Part shown: one piece after another, positions 20,216 to 31,092 of the stretch
Layout of the letters: each line of letters starts with the position of its first letter
Numbering within the stretch: the first letter of the stretch is position 1
Source: Candidatus Heimdallarchaeum endolithica
GTDB lineage: Archaea; Asgardarchaeota; Heimdallarchaeia; Heimdallarchaeales; Heimdallarchaeaceae
Assembly (NCBI GenBank): GCA_021513715.1
Contig: CP084167.1
Location: 1,952,001-2,016,000 of the forward strand
Reading direction: 5' to 3'
Length of the DNA: 64,000 nt
The notes under the pieces: generated by a model
Databases searched by the model: none
Seen by the model: the letters and a program-made list of their open reading frames with translations, nothing else
Told to the model about the DNA's origin: nothing
Position numbers and translations under genes: made by a program

Positions 20216-20303
20216 TGTATTTCCCTTAATTCAATTTATTACTATCTTCAGTCTATATGTAAAAAAACATTTAGCTATTTAAGGGAATCGTCGGTAGTTT
20301 ATT

Positions 20304-21065
20304 GGTAGTGTCTAGTTTTTATACCACCTCCTAGGCAAAAAGGAACTAAGGGGAGGATGTCCCAAGCTCTGATGAGGACGAACGAAATTATAATAGAGTA
20401 TAAAGAGTGTAAGGAAACCAGAAAGATGGGTAGAGCCATAGACGGCACGGATAGAACATGTGCATTGGAGAATAGAATGAAACCAACGATAGCTCTTAAG
20501 TGTGGCATTAAAACGTTCAATATAGGAGCGTAAACCACCATTGATAAAAGAGATTTTGATACCGAGACGAAGTAATACAGGATACCATACCCCTGCATCT
20601 GTAACGACAATACGAGGCTTAGAACCCCAACATTTGAACCAATAACGGAAAGTTAGTAAACATTCAAAATTACTCCGTCCTTTAGTAATACTAAAACCCA
20701 GTAAAGTCTTATTGTAAGGATCTAACGCGAACCACATATACATTGAGCCTTGAGAGGTCTTAATCTCTGTTTCATCAACTACTATAATCTCTGGTATTCC
20801 CCCTCTCTCTGCTACAACTCTATGTAAACTTTCCCTAAAGAGCCTGAACTTCTTTACCCAATACCATAGTGCCTGGTGTGTTAAACCATTCTTCCATCCT
20901 ACTGTCCTCAACCCATTCTTTGAACCAATATATTCATAAATAGCTCTTATGATTATCTTTTTGGGGACTCTGCTCCCTTTAAAAAGGGAGTATATTCTTA
21001 GTTTGTTCATATTTTCACATTAGAATCTCCAATAATATTTTTGTCGGGAGAAACTAGACACCACC
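20304..21065 (-). mobile_element. IS6-family insertion sequence (762 bp)
   Basis: IRs GGTAGTGTCTAGTTT / AAACTAGACACCACC; 10-bp direct repeat GTAGTTTATT at 20294-20303 and 21066-21075. Confidence 0.9.
20312..21010 (-). CDS. IS6-family DDE transposase
   Basis: VDETEIK..YMWFALD, VTDAG.WY, IERFNATLK and YYNFVRPHQSL motifs. Confidence 0.9.
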   Translation of the reverse strand: MNKLRIYSLFKGSRVPKKIIIRAIYEYIGSKNGLRTVGWKNGLTHQALWYWVKKFRLFRESLHRVVAERGGIPEIIVVDETEIKTSQGSMYMWFALDPYNKTLLGFSITKGRSNFECLLTFRYWFKCWGSKPRIVVTDAGVWYPVLLRLGIKISFINGGLRSYIERFNATLKSYRWFHSILQCTCSIRAVYGSTHLSGFLTLFILYYNFVRPHQSLGHPPLSSFLPRRWYKN

Positions 21066-21181
21066 GTAGTTTATTTAACAAAGAAGGTTAAAAATCAGAT
21101 ATTTATGCTCAATGTCTCTTTTTTTCTTTGGGTTTCTTATCTATTAAAAGAGTAAAGGAATTACCAAAAAAAGTGATAACA

Positions 21182-21247
21182 ATGTTTGACCCAGTAGAAG
21201 ACATGCCAGAAGATGCAGATTGCATCCCTCCTTTATACTTTCCTTAA
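21182..21247 (+). CDS. Candidate 21-aa small peptide MFDPVEDMPEDADCIPPLYFP
   Basis: ATG-initiated GC-richer island in an AT-rich gap, preceded by GTGAT and followed by a poly-T tract. Confidence 0.35.
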   Translation: MFDPVEDMPEDADCIPPLYFP

Positions 21248-21319
21248 GTAGAAAGGAATTCTTTCTTTTTTTTTTATTTTCATTAAAAGGTTGGTAAAAT
21301 AGAAGAAAAAAGAGTTAAT

Positions 21320-22774
21320 TTAGATGTCAGTCCGATTATAGTCAATAGTAGTATCCCGAAATCTAGGATGAAACTTTTTAATTACTTCAACTGGAATTCG
21401 TTTAAGTACACGTTCTGGGTCATCAAAAATAGATAATAACTCCCAACCTATATCTAAGCTTTCAAAAATTGTTCTATCTTCATGATAGTCTTGATTAATA
21501 AATTTCTCTTCAAATAGATCTGCAAATTGTAAAGTTTTTCGATCTAAATCTGAGAGACTTTCTGAACCAACAACTGCAACAAGGTCTCTTAAATCTCTAC
21601 CGTCTGCATATAAAGCATATAATTGGTCAGCCACATATTTATGATCACTACGAGTAGAATTAATACCAATACATTCCTTCATAAGACGACTTAGACTGGG
21701 TAAAGGATTAATAGGAGGATATAAACCTTTGCGGTTCAAACCTACATCAATGTAAATTTGTCCTTCAGTAATATAACCTGTTAAATCAGGAACAGGGTGA
21801 GTAATATCAAAATTAGGCATTGTTAAAATAGGTATTTGTGTAATAGACCCTTTTTTTCCACGTATTTTTCCTGCTCTTTCATATATTGTAGCAAAATCGC
21901 TGTATAAATATCCTGGATAACCTCTTCTTCCAGGAACTTCATTTCTTGCTGCACCAATCTCTCTCAGTGCTTCAGCATATGTTGTCATATCTGTTAAGAT
22001 TACTAAAACTTGATATCCTTTCTCAAAAGCCAAATATTCTGCTGCAGTTAACGCAATTCTAGGAGTTAGCAACCTTTCTACTGCTGGATCATCTGCTAGG
22101 TTTAAGAACAATACAGTTCTTTCTAATGCACCAGTTGATTCAAAATCATCTCTAAAAAACCTTGCTTCATCAGCTGTCAATCCCATAGCACAAAAAACAA
22201 CAGCAAAATCTTCTTCTTCACCTAACACTTTAGCTTGTCTTGCAATTTGAGCAGCGATTCTATTATGAGGTAAACCACTTCCTGAAAAGAGAGGTAATTT
22301 TTGTCCTCTCACCAATGTCAATAATGTATCAATAGTAGAGATTCCTGTTTGAATAAATTCTTTTGGATATTCTCTAGCAGACGGATTAATGGGTGCACCA
22401 TTTATATCCAGTATTTTTTCCATAGCAACTGGTCCTCCACCATCAATTGTTATTCCTCTTCCACTAAAAACTCTTCCCAAGATTTCGTGGCTTACTCCAA
22501 ACTCCATCGTTCGACCTAAAAATCGTACTCTAGTTTTATCAGTCTCCAAACCCCGGGTTCCTTCAAAAACTTGAACTACAGCAAGATTTTGAGAAACTTC
22601 AAGAACTTGTCCATTTCTTTTTTCCCCATCAACTGTTTCAATCTCAACGATTTCACCGTAGGAAACTCCACCTTTATTTCTTAAGTCAACAAACAGTAGA
22701 GGACCACTAACTTGTTGTACAGTTTGAAATTCTCTATAATTTAATTGTAATTTTTCATCCATTTTCTTCACCAA
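21320..22774 (-). CDS. atpB: A/V-type ATP synthase subunit B
   Basis: [24 protein letters not shown] and [12 protein letters not shown] motifs. Confidence 0.97.
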   Translation of the reverse strand: MVKKMDEKLQLNYREFQTVQQVSGPLLFVDLRNKGGVSYGEIVEIETVDGEKRNGQVLEVSQNLAVVQVFEGTRGLETDKTRVRFLGRTMEFGVSHEILGRVFSGRGITIDGGGPVAMEKILDINGAPINPSAREYPKEFIQTGISTIDTLLTLVRGQKLPLFSGSGLPHNRIAAQIARQAKVLGEEEDFAVVFCAMGLTADEARFFRDDFESTGALERTVLFLNLADDPAVERLLTPRIALTAAEYLAFEKGYQVLVILTDMTTYAEALREIGAARNEVPGRRGYPGYLYSDFATIYERAGKIRGKKGSITQIPILTMPNFDITHPVPDLTGYITEGQIYIDVGLNRKGLYPPINPLPSLSRLMKECIGINSTRSDHKYVADQLYALYADGRDLRDLVAVVGSESLSDLDRKTLQFADLFEEKFINQDYHEDRTIFESLDIGWELLSIFDDPERVLKRIPVEVIKKFHPRFRDTTIDYNRTDI

Positions 22775-22776
22775 AT

Positions 22777-25700
22777 TTAACTCAAATCTTCTACACCTAC
22801 ATCTGTATGGCTGATACCATCAATTTCAGCGATAAGAGCATTAATTTCTTCTTCTACATCTTCTTGTACGATATACTTCATTCTTGCGATTTTAACCACA
22901 ATATCGTGTTCGAATATATTCTTCACTTCTGCACCCCTTTGATACAAATCATTTGCTTTATGATAGAAACTCAATATTGCCTTTAACATAAGATATTGTT
23001 TTTGCATACTACAGAACGAATCTACCTCGTGAAAAGCATTCTGTTGTAGAAAAGATTCTTTAATCATTCTAGCAATTTCTAAAACAATTTTCTCTTTAGG
23101 AGGTAGTGCATCAGGGCCAACAAGAGAAACAATTTCAGAAAGTTCTTTATCTTTTTGTAATAAAGCCATAGCTTCTGCGCGCAATTCTGGGAATTCTGGA
23201 TCAATATTAGTTGAATACCAGTCCTGTAATGCATTCCAATACAAAGTATAACTTAAAAGATAGTCGATTGCAGGAAAATGCCTTCTTGCTGCAAGATCCT
23301 TACTTAATGCCCAAAATACTTTTACAATTCTCAAAGTATTTTGAGTAACTGGCTCACTAAAATCGCCTCCAGGAGGACTTACAGCCCCAACAACTGTGAT
23401 ACTAGCAGTTCTTGGTTCTGAGCCCAAAGTTAATACCCTACCAGCTCTTTCATAATATTGAGCAACTTTTGAAGCCAGATAAGCAGGAAAACCTTCTTCA
23501 CCAGGCATTTCTTCTAGTCTTCCAGATATTTCTCTTAATGCCTCAGCCCATCGGGAAGTTGAATCAGCCATCATTGCTACATCATAACCCATATCTCTAA
23601 AGAATTCAGCCATTGTTATTCCAGTGTAAACACTTGCTTCTCTTGCAGCTACAGGCATGTTGGAAGTGTTAGCTATTAATGTAGTTCTATCCATTAGGGG
23701 GCCACCAGTATACGGATCAACAAGTTTAGGGAACTCTCTTAAGACATCAGTCATCTCATTTCCTCTTTCACCACAACCCACATAAACAACGATCTTAGCA
23801 TCCGACCATTTAGCTAGTTGATGCTGTGATACAGTATTATGTAGGGTAAATGGTAATTTTCCTCCAACAAAGTTATGATATTCGTCTACTGTTAAATCAT
23901 AGACATCGGTTTCCTGTTCGATTATTGAAATTTCTTTTATTCTATCGAAAAATACATGTTCTACTAATTCATGAAGATAGGCTCGATTACTAAAATCATC
24001 CAAAGTGTTAGTATCAAAGTTAGAATTTGTTACATTTACCATCTGTTCTATTACGACAGAAATATTATTTGACTGAACAACTTTTCTTGCTAATTGTGTA
24101 ATATTATTAGTTTCTTGATACTGGTATAGTTGGTACATTTTTTCATGTTTAGTAGTATTATAATGAGAGAACTTTTCTATCAACTTCAGTAATTCTTTCT
24201 CTTTTATTTCTAAAACAAAGTTGTTTTGATCTTTTAGATTATAAACAATACCTAATCGTGTTAGGAGATAGGAAAATTCTGATAATTGGAATTTGTTTTT
24301 ATGGTAGATTTGAAGAGTAGTATCATTGAACGATGCATTTATTGCAAAGTAACCATTTAGATAATGAACCAACAGCTCATCGGATGATTGCATCAAGAGT
24401 TTTGGAACACAAACATCAGAATCTGTCAAACTGCTTTTAAGTCCAAGATATTGAAGGAATTTAACAACTACAGAACTTGAAAAATGTACAAAATTTTCCC
24501 CTATTGTGCTATCATAATCATAGGCACAAAATAGTCCAAATATTTGCTCTGTAAGATCATTAAAACGATTCAACAAAGATTCTGAATTTGTGCTAAAGAA
24601 AATAGTTTCATCTCTAATAGTACCATTAGCTGTAAAGAGTCCTAACCATTCAGCAAGTTCACTAGTCATATAAGCAGGTAAATTCACAACTGAAGAATTA
24701 GTTTCTTCACGTAATACAGAAACATTGATCTCTGGTTCTCCAGCTAATTTAGTTAGTTTACGCAAAAATGCTAAGGTAGGCTCTTTTTCTTTGTTTAGAT
24801 ATTTCGTTAAAATGTTGAATGAAAGATTAGTTTTTTGAGCAATTTCTTCCAAGGACATTACTTCACTTAGCTTATTGATAATTTCTTCCATCCTCATTAA
24901 AGCTTGTGCGTCAGCAACTCTAAGTGATAGATCGATATCATAGACACTAATAGGGTTTTGTTGTCCTTTAATTTGAAGATGGCGAGGAACAATAAGCAAA
25001 TCACCAGGTTGTAAATACTGTGATTCTACCTCTTCTATTTTACGTCCATTGAACCTAAAAAGTTTATGAACAGGTGTAACTGTAACTTCTCTTCCACTAT
25101 TTGTTTTTACACTTATCAGCCTTGAAGTTTTTCCACGATAAATGTAACTTGCTTTTTGCTCAACATATGATTCTCCATTAAAACTTAGTATAGAAAGATC
25201 ACCAGTAATTTTTATCAGAGTTTCATTTTCATCATCTAATTCAATCAATCCATCGTTTTGAATAAAACTTTTATAAAGATCCTTTATTTCTACCAAACTT
25301 CCATCGCTTAGGAATACTGGAGTGGAACCAATAACGCATTTCCCAGTACCAAAACCCCCAGGAATTGCTCCAGTTCCTCCTTTTGCAATAGGGGCAAAAG
25401 TATCAAATATTCTTTGCCCAGTTATAAGAGGAACATTACTTGGTAAACGTTTATATATTGGCCTAGGAGTTCGGACAGGCCATTTATGGAAAAATTGTAA
25501 ATTTATTTTTTCTCCACTAGCTGTTAACACTGTTGCTGCAGTTTCATCTATGGTATAATCTCCTGCAGGAGCAATGTATTCTAGCGTTCCCTTTATGTAA
25601 GGAGGTACTAACAGCTTAAAATCAACTGTTGGCGTTTCAGGAATAGTTCCTAATATATCTCCGCCTACCACCTTATCTCCTTTCTTAAGTATTGGACGAA

Positions 25701-26064
25701 AATCCCACAACTTTTTATGATCTAATCCAGGAACATCAATTCCTCGAGATATATTATCCCCTGTCAATTTTTGTATTTCTGGAAGAGGACGTTGAATCCC
25801 ATCATATATTTGACGAAGTAAACCAGGTCCTAGCTCAACTGAAAGAGGACTGTTTGTGGGATACACAGGTTCTCCTGGTGTTAAACCGTCAGTGCTTTCA
25901 TAAACTTGAATTGTAGCTACGTTACCCTCTAGCCTAATTATTTCTCCAACTAGTCGTTCATCCCCTACTCTTGCTACATCATAAAGTTTAGTTCCAAGCA
26001 TGTTAGATGCTTGAACTACAGGACCTGAAATTTTATTTATTACTCCAACTTTGGCATCATTCAT
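22777..26064 (-). CDS. atpA: A/V-type ATP synthase subunit A, intein-containing
   Basis: GGFGTGK|intein|TVSQ P-loop; GCGERGNE; [12 protein letters not shown]. Confidence 0.97.
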   Translation of the reverse strand: MNDAKVGVINKISGPVVQASNMLGTKLYDVARVGDERLVGEIIRLEGNVATIQVYESTDGLTPGEPVYPTNSPLSVELGPGLLRQIYDGIQRPLPEIQKLTGDNISRGIDVPGLDHKKLWDFRPILKKGDKVVGGDILGTIPETPTVDFKLLVPPYIKGTLEYIAPAGDYTIDETAATVLTASGEKINLQFFHKWPVRTPRPIYKRLPSNVPLITGQRIFDTFAPIAKGGTGAIPGGFGTGKCVIGSTPVFLSDGSLVEIKDLYKSFIQNDGLIELDDENETLIKITGDLSILSFNGESYVEQKASYIYRGKTSRLISVKTNSGREVTVTPVHKLFRFNGRKIEEVESQYLQPGDLLIVPRHLQIKGQQNPISVYDIDLSLRVADAQALMRMEEIINKLSEVMSLEEIAQKTNLSFNILTKYLNKEKEPTLAFLRKLTKLAGEPEINVSVLREETNSSVVNLPAYMTSELAEWLGLFTANGTIRDETIFFSTNSESLLNRFNDLTEQIFGLFCAYDYDSTIGENFVHFSSSVVVKFLQYLGLKSSLTDSDVCVPKLLMQSSDELLVHYLNGYFAINASFNDTTLQIYHKNKFQLSEFSYLLTRLGIVYNLKDQNNFVLEIKEKELLKLIEKFSHYNTTKHEKMYQLYQYQETNNITQLARKVVQSNNISVVIEQMVNVTNSNFDTNTLDDFSNRAYLHELVEHVFFDRIKEISIIEQETDVYDLTVDEYHNFVGGKLPFTLHNTVSQHQLAKWSDAKIVVYVGCGERGNEMTDVLREFPKLVDPYTGGPLMDRTTLIANTSNMPVAAREASVYTGITMAEFFRDMGYDVAMMADSTSRWAEALREISGRLEEMPGEEGFPAYLASKVAQYYERAGRVLTLGSEPRTASITVVGAVSPPGGDFSEPVTQNTLRIVKVFWALSKDLAARRHFPAIDYLLSYTLYWNALQDWYSTNIDPEFPELRAEAMALLQKDKELSEIVSLVGPDALPPKEKIVLEIARMIKESFLQQNAFHEVDSFCSMQKQYLMLKAILSFYHKANDLYQRGAEVKNIFEHDIVVKIARMKYIVQEDVEEEINALIAEIDGISHTDVGVEDLS
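23836..25338 (-). mobile_element. Intein (501 aa) in the AtpA Walker A motif
   Basis: Begins CVIGST after GTGK; block B TPVHKLF; ends VYDLTV...TLHN followed by Thr; degenerate LAGLIDADG motifs. Confidence 0.93.
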
Positions 26065-26163
26065 TCTCTATCTTTCTCGCTTCTGATAAACCACTGTAAA
26101 AAAAGAATTTTTTAAGTTTATCTAAGAGAACAAGAAATCATCATCCAATGTTTTTTTAAATTT

Positions 26164-26715
26164 CTATATTGTTCTGACAGAGCCACCTAATTTAGTAATA
26201 ATAAAATCTGTAATCTCTTCAATGGTCTTTTCATCATCACAATATATTGCATGCTCTTTAAGTTCTGGGAGCCATTTTTTATAGATATAAAATTTCTTGG
26301 AAGAAGATTGAGTTGAAGAATATTCCTTACATTTCTCTATGAGTGCTTTATTTTGGGAATAGGTGACACTAGCTAAAATACAGTATCTATAGGAGTGAGT
26401 AGGACCATTATCAGAATACGATACTTTAAACCCATTTTCATTCAATAAATCTTTTTTATCTTTTATACTCAAAATAGAAGATTTTTCTTTTAAACATAAC
26501 TTTTTTTCTAATTTGAGTAGTTCAATATAATCAGATTCAGTAACAGGCAATTTAAGAAATTTATATCTATATTCAAAGTAATCTATTCTTCCCTCTATAA
26601 AACTAAAAAGAGAATCAGATAATTCATTTTTATAATAACTTAACTCATTTCTCAATTCTGATAAAATAGATGGTATATCAGAATATTTCTTACAAAAATC
26701 ATTCATATCAATCAT
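26164..26715 (-). CDS. Hypothetical protein
   Basis: 183-aa, very AT-rich ORF; no motif recognised. Confidence 0.6.
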   Translation of the reverse strand: MIDMNDFCKKYSDIPSILSELRNELSYYKNELSDSLFSFIEGRIDYFEYRYKFLKLPVTESDYIELLKLEKKLCLKEKSSILSIKDKKDLLNENGFKVSYSDNGPTHSYRYCILASVTYSQNKALIEKCKEYSSTQSSSKKFYIYKKWLPELKEHAIYCDDEKTIEEITDFIITKLGGSVRTI

Positions 26716-26787
26716 TTATTAATCATAAATTATAATGAAAAAATAGTATAAAAAACTAAAAAAAGATATAAAATTTATAAAATACAA

Positions 26788-27969
26788 TTAAAGTTTAACA
26801 ACCCACGGTTCAGTTTGTCTATTTGTTAAAAAAACACAACCGTTCTCAGTTACCTTAATCATTTCTTCAATTGAACAGTAACCATATTTTTCCAGATAAA
26901 CATGTAATTCTAGTGTAAATATATTATTTTTCTCAATTTTTAGTTCTGGTGATCGCCCATATTTCTCCCACTTTGGTCCAATTAAACAACCTCCGTCATG
27001 AACATTAATACCTACTTGATGACCTAATGCATGCATAAATTCAGGATATCCTGAAGAAACAACATACTCTCTTGCTATATTGTCAATCTCATATCCTTTC
27101 ATTCCAGGTCTAATTTTATCAGCAGCTTCAGTAATAGCATTCTTACAAGTATCAAATGCCTTTTTAACTTCAAGTGGAACAGAAGTTTCCTTTTCACCAA
27201 GAACATATGTTAATCTTTGAATATCAGAGGCATAACCATCATATATCACTCCATAATCAACATTAACCAAATAACCGTGTTTCACTGTAATTATTGAGGA
27301 AGGGCTCCCATGCCCGATAGTTGTTTCTGGACCAACATTAATTAAAGGAGGGTATGCATATTCAACTCCAAATTTTTCATTATTTGCTTTTAAAATATTT
27401 GCAAGGTCAGTTTCAGTCATTCCAAGTTGAATATTATTTTTTAATAATTCATGACCTACCTCACTTATCTCTACAGCTTTCTTAATTCTGTCTACTTCTT
27501 CTGGAATTTTTCTTCCTCTTAAAGCTGTTAAGATTTTTTCAGATGATATTAATCTGTCCTTATATGGTGTTCCTTCGAGAATTTTTCTCAATTTTAAGTA
27601 GAGACCATATGTTAGTCCATCAGCAGCAACATTATCTTCAGAATAGTTAACTGCAATTGTTTCAGGTTTATTACGTTCTAAAATATTTAGTAACTCATCT
27701 TTGATTCCTAAATCATAAGATACAATTTCATCATATATCTGTTGTTTTTTGATATCAGGTGCATCATATCGACCTACAATTACTATTTTTTTACCTTCTT
27801 TGGTTAAAATGAAGCAAGTTTGCCAAGTTAACCAAGTATTTTCAGTTAAAAAGAAAAGACTTGGATCTCGAATCTCTGATGTTTTCCTAACGTAAGTCAA
27901 CCACATATCAATATTTAATTCTTGAAGAATTGCTATTGCTTGTTTCACTTTTTCTTTTATTAAACTCAT
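26788..27969 (-). CDS. Xaa-Pro aminopeptidase family protein (M24)
   Basis: VDYG...YASDIQR, HALGHQVGINVHD, TLE and EE metal-binding residues. Confidence 0.92.
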   Translation of the reverse strand: MSLIKEKVKQAIAILQELNIDMWLTYVRKTSEIRDPSLFFLTENTWLTWQTCFILTKEGKKIVIVGRYDAPDIKKQQIYDEIVSYDLGIKDELLNILERNKPETIAVNYSEDNVAADGLTYGLYLKLRKILEGTPYKDRLISSEKILTALRGRKIPEEVDRIKKAVEISEVGHELLKNNIQLGMTETDLANILKANNEKFGVEYAYPPLINVGPETTIGHGSPSSIITVKHGYLVNVDYGVIYDGYASDIQRLTYVLGEKETSVPLEVKKAFDTCKNAITEAADKIRPGMKGYEIDNIAREYVVSSGYPEFMHALGHQVGINVHDGGCLIGPKWEKYGRSPELKIEKNNIFTLELHVYLEKYGYCSIEEMIKVTENGCVFLTNRQTEPWVVKL

Positions 27970-28055
27970 AAAATGCTATTGTTACTTTGGAATTTAAGAT
28001 TTATTGAAAAATCAATTCAAAAAGTCACAAAGTTTTTTTTTCTAACTTAAGATAA

Positions 28056-28865
28056 GTGTATATGGACATTTTGCAGTTCTTAGTAGTTGTTCTTTCTTTG
28101 ATACTAATAATTAGTAGTCTTTTTCTGTTACTAATCAAAAATGAAGAAAAAAAAAGCAAATACTTTTGGATTGTTTTTATAGGGGGTATGGGGTGGTTAA
28201 TTGCTTTTCTTTTGCGTATTATCCCTCTAAATCTTGCAAAAGCACTCACACTAGTTTCTTTAGGAATAGATTTATCCGACACACAAGCAGTACAAGCCGC
28301 TTCACATAATAATGTTCTTGTTCTTATATGGGGGCCCATTTTTGCTGGTTTATTCGAAGAATTCTGCAGGTATTTTCTTATTTCAAAAATAAGAGATGTA
28401 AAATCTAATTATCCAAAAGGCCCAATAATATTAGGGTTAGGATGGACTTTAGGAGAGATAATTTACATTCATACAGCATACTTAATTTCGATGAACACAT
28501 TAAATATACCTTGGGAAACATCTGCATGGTCACTTGTATTAGCAAGTTTGTTTGAACGCTTTACAGTTTCTGTTTTTCATGTTTTGATGAGTTTAATCAT
28601 TTTTCAGTCAATTCTTGAAAAACGTTTGAAGAAAAGATACGGATTGTGGATAGCTATAACTCTACACATACTATTTGATGGACTAATTATTGTGTGGATA
28701 ATATTCTTTCCTTTAGAGAATCTCATTAATATTTGGACTTTAGAAATGGCTTTTGCACTTCAAACTCTAATTACTCTGATATTCGTTTCAAAGTATTGGG
28801 ATAGAAAAATAAGAGAAAAACTAGGTTCATTATCAAACGAAGAAGCAATTAATTTAGTAACTTAA
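28056..28865 (+). CDS. YhfC/PrsW-like intramembrane metalloprotease
   Basis: Multiple TM segments; AGLFEEFCRY, GLGW..GE, ER...FH and HILFD motifs. Confidence 0.8.
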   Translation: MYMDILQFLVVVLSLILIISSLFLLLIKNEEKKSKYFWIVFIGGMGWLIAFLLRIIPLNLAKALTLVSLGIDLSDTQAVQAASHNNVLVLIWGPIFAGLFEEFCRYFLISKIRDVKSNYPKGPIILGLGWTLGEIIYIHTAYLISMNTLNIPWETSAWSLVLASLFERFTVSVFHVLMSLIIFQSILEKRLKKRYGLWIAITLHILFDGLIIVWIIFFPLENLINIWTLEMAFALQTLITLIFVSKYWDRKIREKLGSLSNEEAINLVT

Positions 28866-28911
28866 AAAGCAAAATACAAAAATTTTTGAATTTTTTCTTC
28901 TTTTTTAGAAT

Positions 28912-29421
28912 ATGAAACACGAACTAGAAAAAATAAGCCCATATTTATTTCCAAATCCCGCACTATTAATATCTTGTAAGAGTAGTAACAAAGAATCTAT
29001 AATCACACTTTCTTGGGTAGGGACAAGTTGTTCTGAACCACCAATGGTCTCTATCGGGATTCGTCCTACCAGATATTCGTACAATATTATAAAAGAATCA
29101 GGTGAATTTGTAATTAATGTACCAACTTCAGAAATGATAGAAAAAGTGAAATTTTGTGGAACAAAATCAGGAAAAGATGTTGATAAGTGGATGAAATGTA
29201 ATTTTACAAAAGAGAAACCTAGTAAAGTGAACACACCTTTAATTAAAGAATGTCCTGTAAATATTGAATGTACAGTAAAGAAAATTATTGAGTTAGGAAG
29301 TCATCATCTTTTTATTGCAGAGATTGTTGCAGTTCATATGGATGAAAATTGGAGAAAGAGTAAATATGAAGGAATGGTTACTTATTCTTTAGGTCAGTAT
29401 GGTAAAACAGTTCCACTGTAA
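28912..29421 (+). CDS. Flavin reductase family protein
   Basis: PPMVSIGIRPTRYS, GEFVINVP, CGTKSG and GSHHLFIAEI motifs. Confidence 0.9.
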   Translation: MKHELEKISPYLFPNPALLISCKSSNKESIITLSWVGTSCSEPPMVSIGIRPTRYSYNIIKESGEFVINVPTSEMIEKVKFCGTKSGKDVDKWMKCNFTKEKPSKVNTPLIKECPVNIECTVKKIIELGSHHLFIAEIVAVHMDENWRKSKYEGMVTYSLGQYGKTVPL

Positions 29422-29479
29422 CCAAAAAATGCACAAAATTTTTTACGATATGAAACTATTTTATATCATAGTGATTAAA

Positions 29480-29731
29480 ATGAACAAAGAAAAATATACA
29501 ACAGATATTTTGGACATAATGGCCACTCAAAAACGTGGTTTTAGTGTAGCTGATATAATGTTACAATTAAATACGCTTTATGCTCCCAGAGGAGAAAAAC
29601 CAGATCAAAAAGTAGTAGAAGAGGTACTCAATGAGCTAACAGAAAAAGGATATCTAAAAAGATTCACAGTCGGAATTATTCCACAGTGGAAAATTACAGA
29701 AGAAGGAGAAGATTATTTTTATAGTCTATAA
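29480..29731 (+). CDS. Small winged-helix protein
   Basis: LNELTEKGYL...WKITEEG wHTH pattern. Confidence 0.7.
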   Translation: MNKEKYTTDILDIMATQKRGFSVADIMLQLNTLYAPRGEKPDQKVVEEVLNELTEKGYLKRFTVGIIPQWKITEEGEDYFYSL

Positions 29732-29746
29732 ATGTGTGATGCAAGA

Positions 29747-30511
29747 ATGAGCTTTAAAAAAAACATTGGTTTACCAATGGAAAGTTTTGAGGAAGAGCTT
29801 TATTTTAATAGAGAACTAATTCATACAAAAGGATTAAGAGAGTTTTCTTTATCGGAAGTTGTATTTAGAGGAAAAAATAAAGAAGATGAAAAAGAAAAAA
29901 TAATTGTTTTCAAAAAATATCAAGATATTTTCCTTACTGAACATAAGCCACATTTTGATGATGTTCGATTTGATATTTTTGTTATGTTACCTGGTTTTCA
30001 TTCAGGTGAGTTTAACCATATTCCAGGCTATTATAGGAATTATGCAGACAATGGATTTCATTTTCCTGAGCTGTTTCAAGTTGTCGAAGGTTATGCAGAA
30101 TTTCTTCTTCAACAACCAGCTGAAAAACACGAAAAAGTAAAAGATTGTATTTTATACAGATGTCAAATTGGAGAAATAGTTACAATACCTCCGGCACATG
30201 GAGTAACAATAATCAACCCAACTGATAAAAAAACAGTTGTAATTCGACTTAGAGCTAGAGATGCAGAGTCTATCCATGAGCATTACAATATGACGAGAGG
30301 AGCATGTTATTACAGAGAACAAAATGACAAATGGATTTTTAATTCCAACTATGAAGAAATAGCAACAATGAAACTACTACCTACACAAAAAAAATGGAAA
30401 GTTTTTCAAAAAGAGATCCCAATTTACCAATCGTTTATCAACAACACATGGTCTCAAAAATTTCTACTGGAACCAAACCCTGTTGATTTCACAATAGATA
30501 CACTCATATAA
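29747..30511 (+). CDS. Cupin-type glucose-6-phosphate isomerase homolog (metal ligands degenerate)
   Basis: RFDI.VMLPG...GEF, PELFQVVEG.A.FLLQ, IPP....IIN and RGACYY match archaeal cupin PGI. Confidence 0.72.
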   Translation: MSFKKNIGLPMESFEEELYFNRELIHTKGLREFSLSEVVFRGKNKEDEKEKIIVFKKYQDIFLTEHKPHFDDVRFDIFVMLPGFHSGEFNHIPGYYRNYADNGFHFPELFQVVEGYAEFLLQQPAEKHEKVKDCILYRCQIGEIVTIPPAHGVTIINPTDKKTVVIRLRARDAESIHEHYNMTRGACYYREQNDKWIFNSNYEEIATMKLLPTQKKWKVFQKEIPIYQSFINNTWSQKFLLEPNPVDFTIDTLI

Positions 30512-30594
30512 AATAATTTTTTCTTTTTTCATCAACAGTTGAGAGCAAAATTAGACCATAAAAACTATACAATAAAATTGACAAATGTCAAATG

Positions 30595-30996
30595 TCATTT
30601 AAGTTTATTGAGAGTTTCCAACAAACTTTTTATTGCGTTATTAATAGAAATTATTTCATCTATGTTTTCAGAAATTTCTAGCTGCTTATTTAATTGACTT
30701 AATTTTTTCATGATTACACTTTGTGTTTCAAGTAGAGTTTCATGGGTAATATTACTACCATGCTGCGATATCTGGTACTGAGATTTGACTTGATTCGAGG
30801 ACATTTGCTTCCTTTGCTGTAATTTTGATTTTTCATCAACCAACACATATTCTTGTTTACATTTAACACAAATTATTTTACCACCATACTCATATAAGGG
30901 GGAATAGCATTTAGGACAAGCCTTGTTTAACATTTTTCCACCCTTTAATAATATATCTGCCCCTGCTTTTGAATAGTCATCAGAACTGTTGTTCAT
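30595..30996 (-). CDS. UPF0148 / Sjogren autoantigen p27-like Zn-ribbon protein
   Basis: LLKGGKML..ACPKC.SPL.....CVKC. Confidence 0.88.
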   Translation of the reverse strand: MNNSSDDYSKAGADILLKGGKMLNKACPKCYSPLYEYGGKIICVKCKQEYVLVDEKSKLQQRKQMSSNQVKSQYQISQHGSNITHETLLETQSVIMKKLSQLNKQLEISENIDEIISINNAIKSLLETLNKLK

Positions 30997-31092
30997 TAGT
31001 TTCTTGTTTTTTTTTTCATTATATAATATTTATTATAGAAAATAAAATTAGAATAAAATAATCTTCAATATACTAGTCTTCAATATACAATT

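Noticed and set aside
20299-20610. 103-aa ORF overlapping the IS6 transposase
   Set aside because: Alternative frame inside the IS with no motifs.
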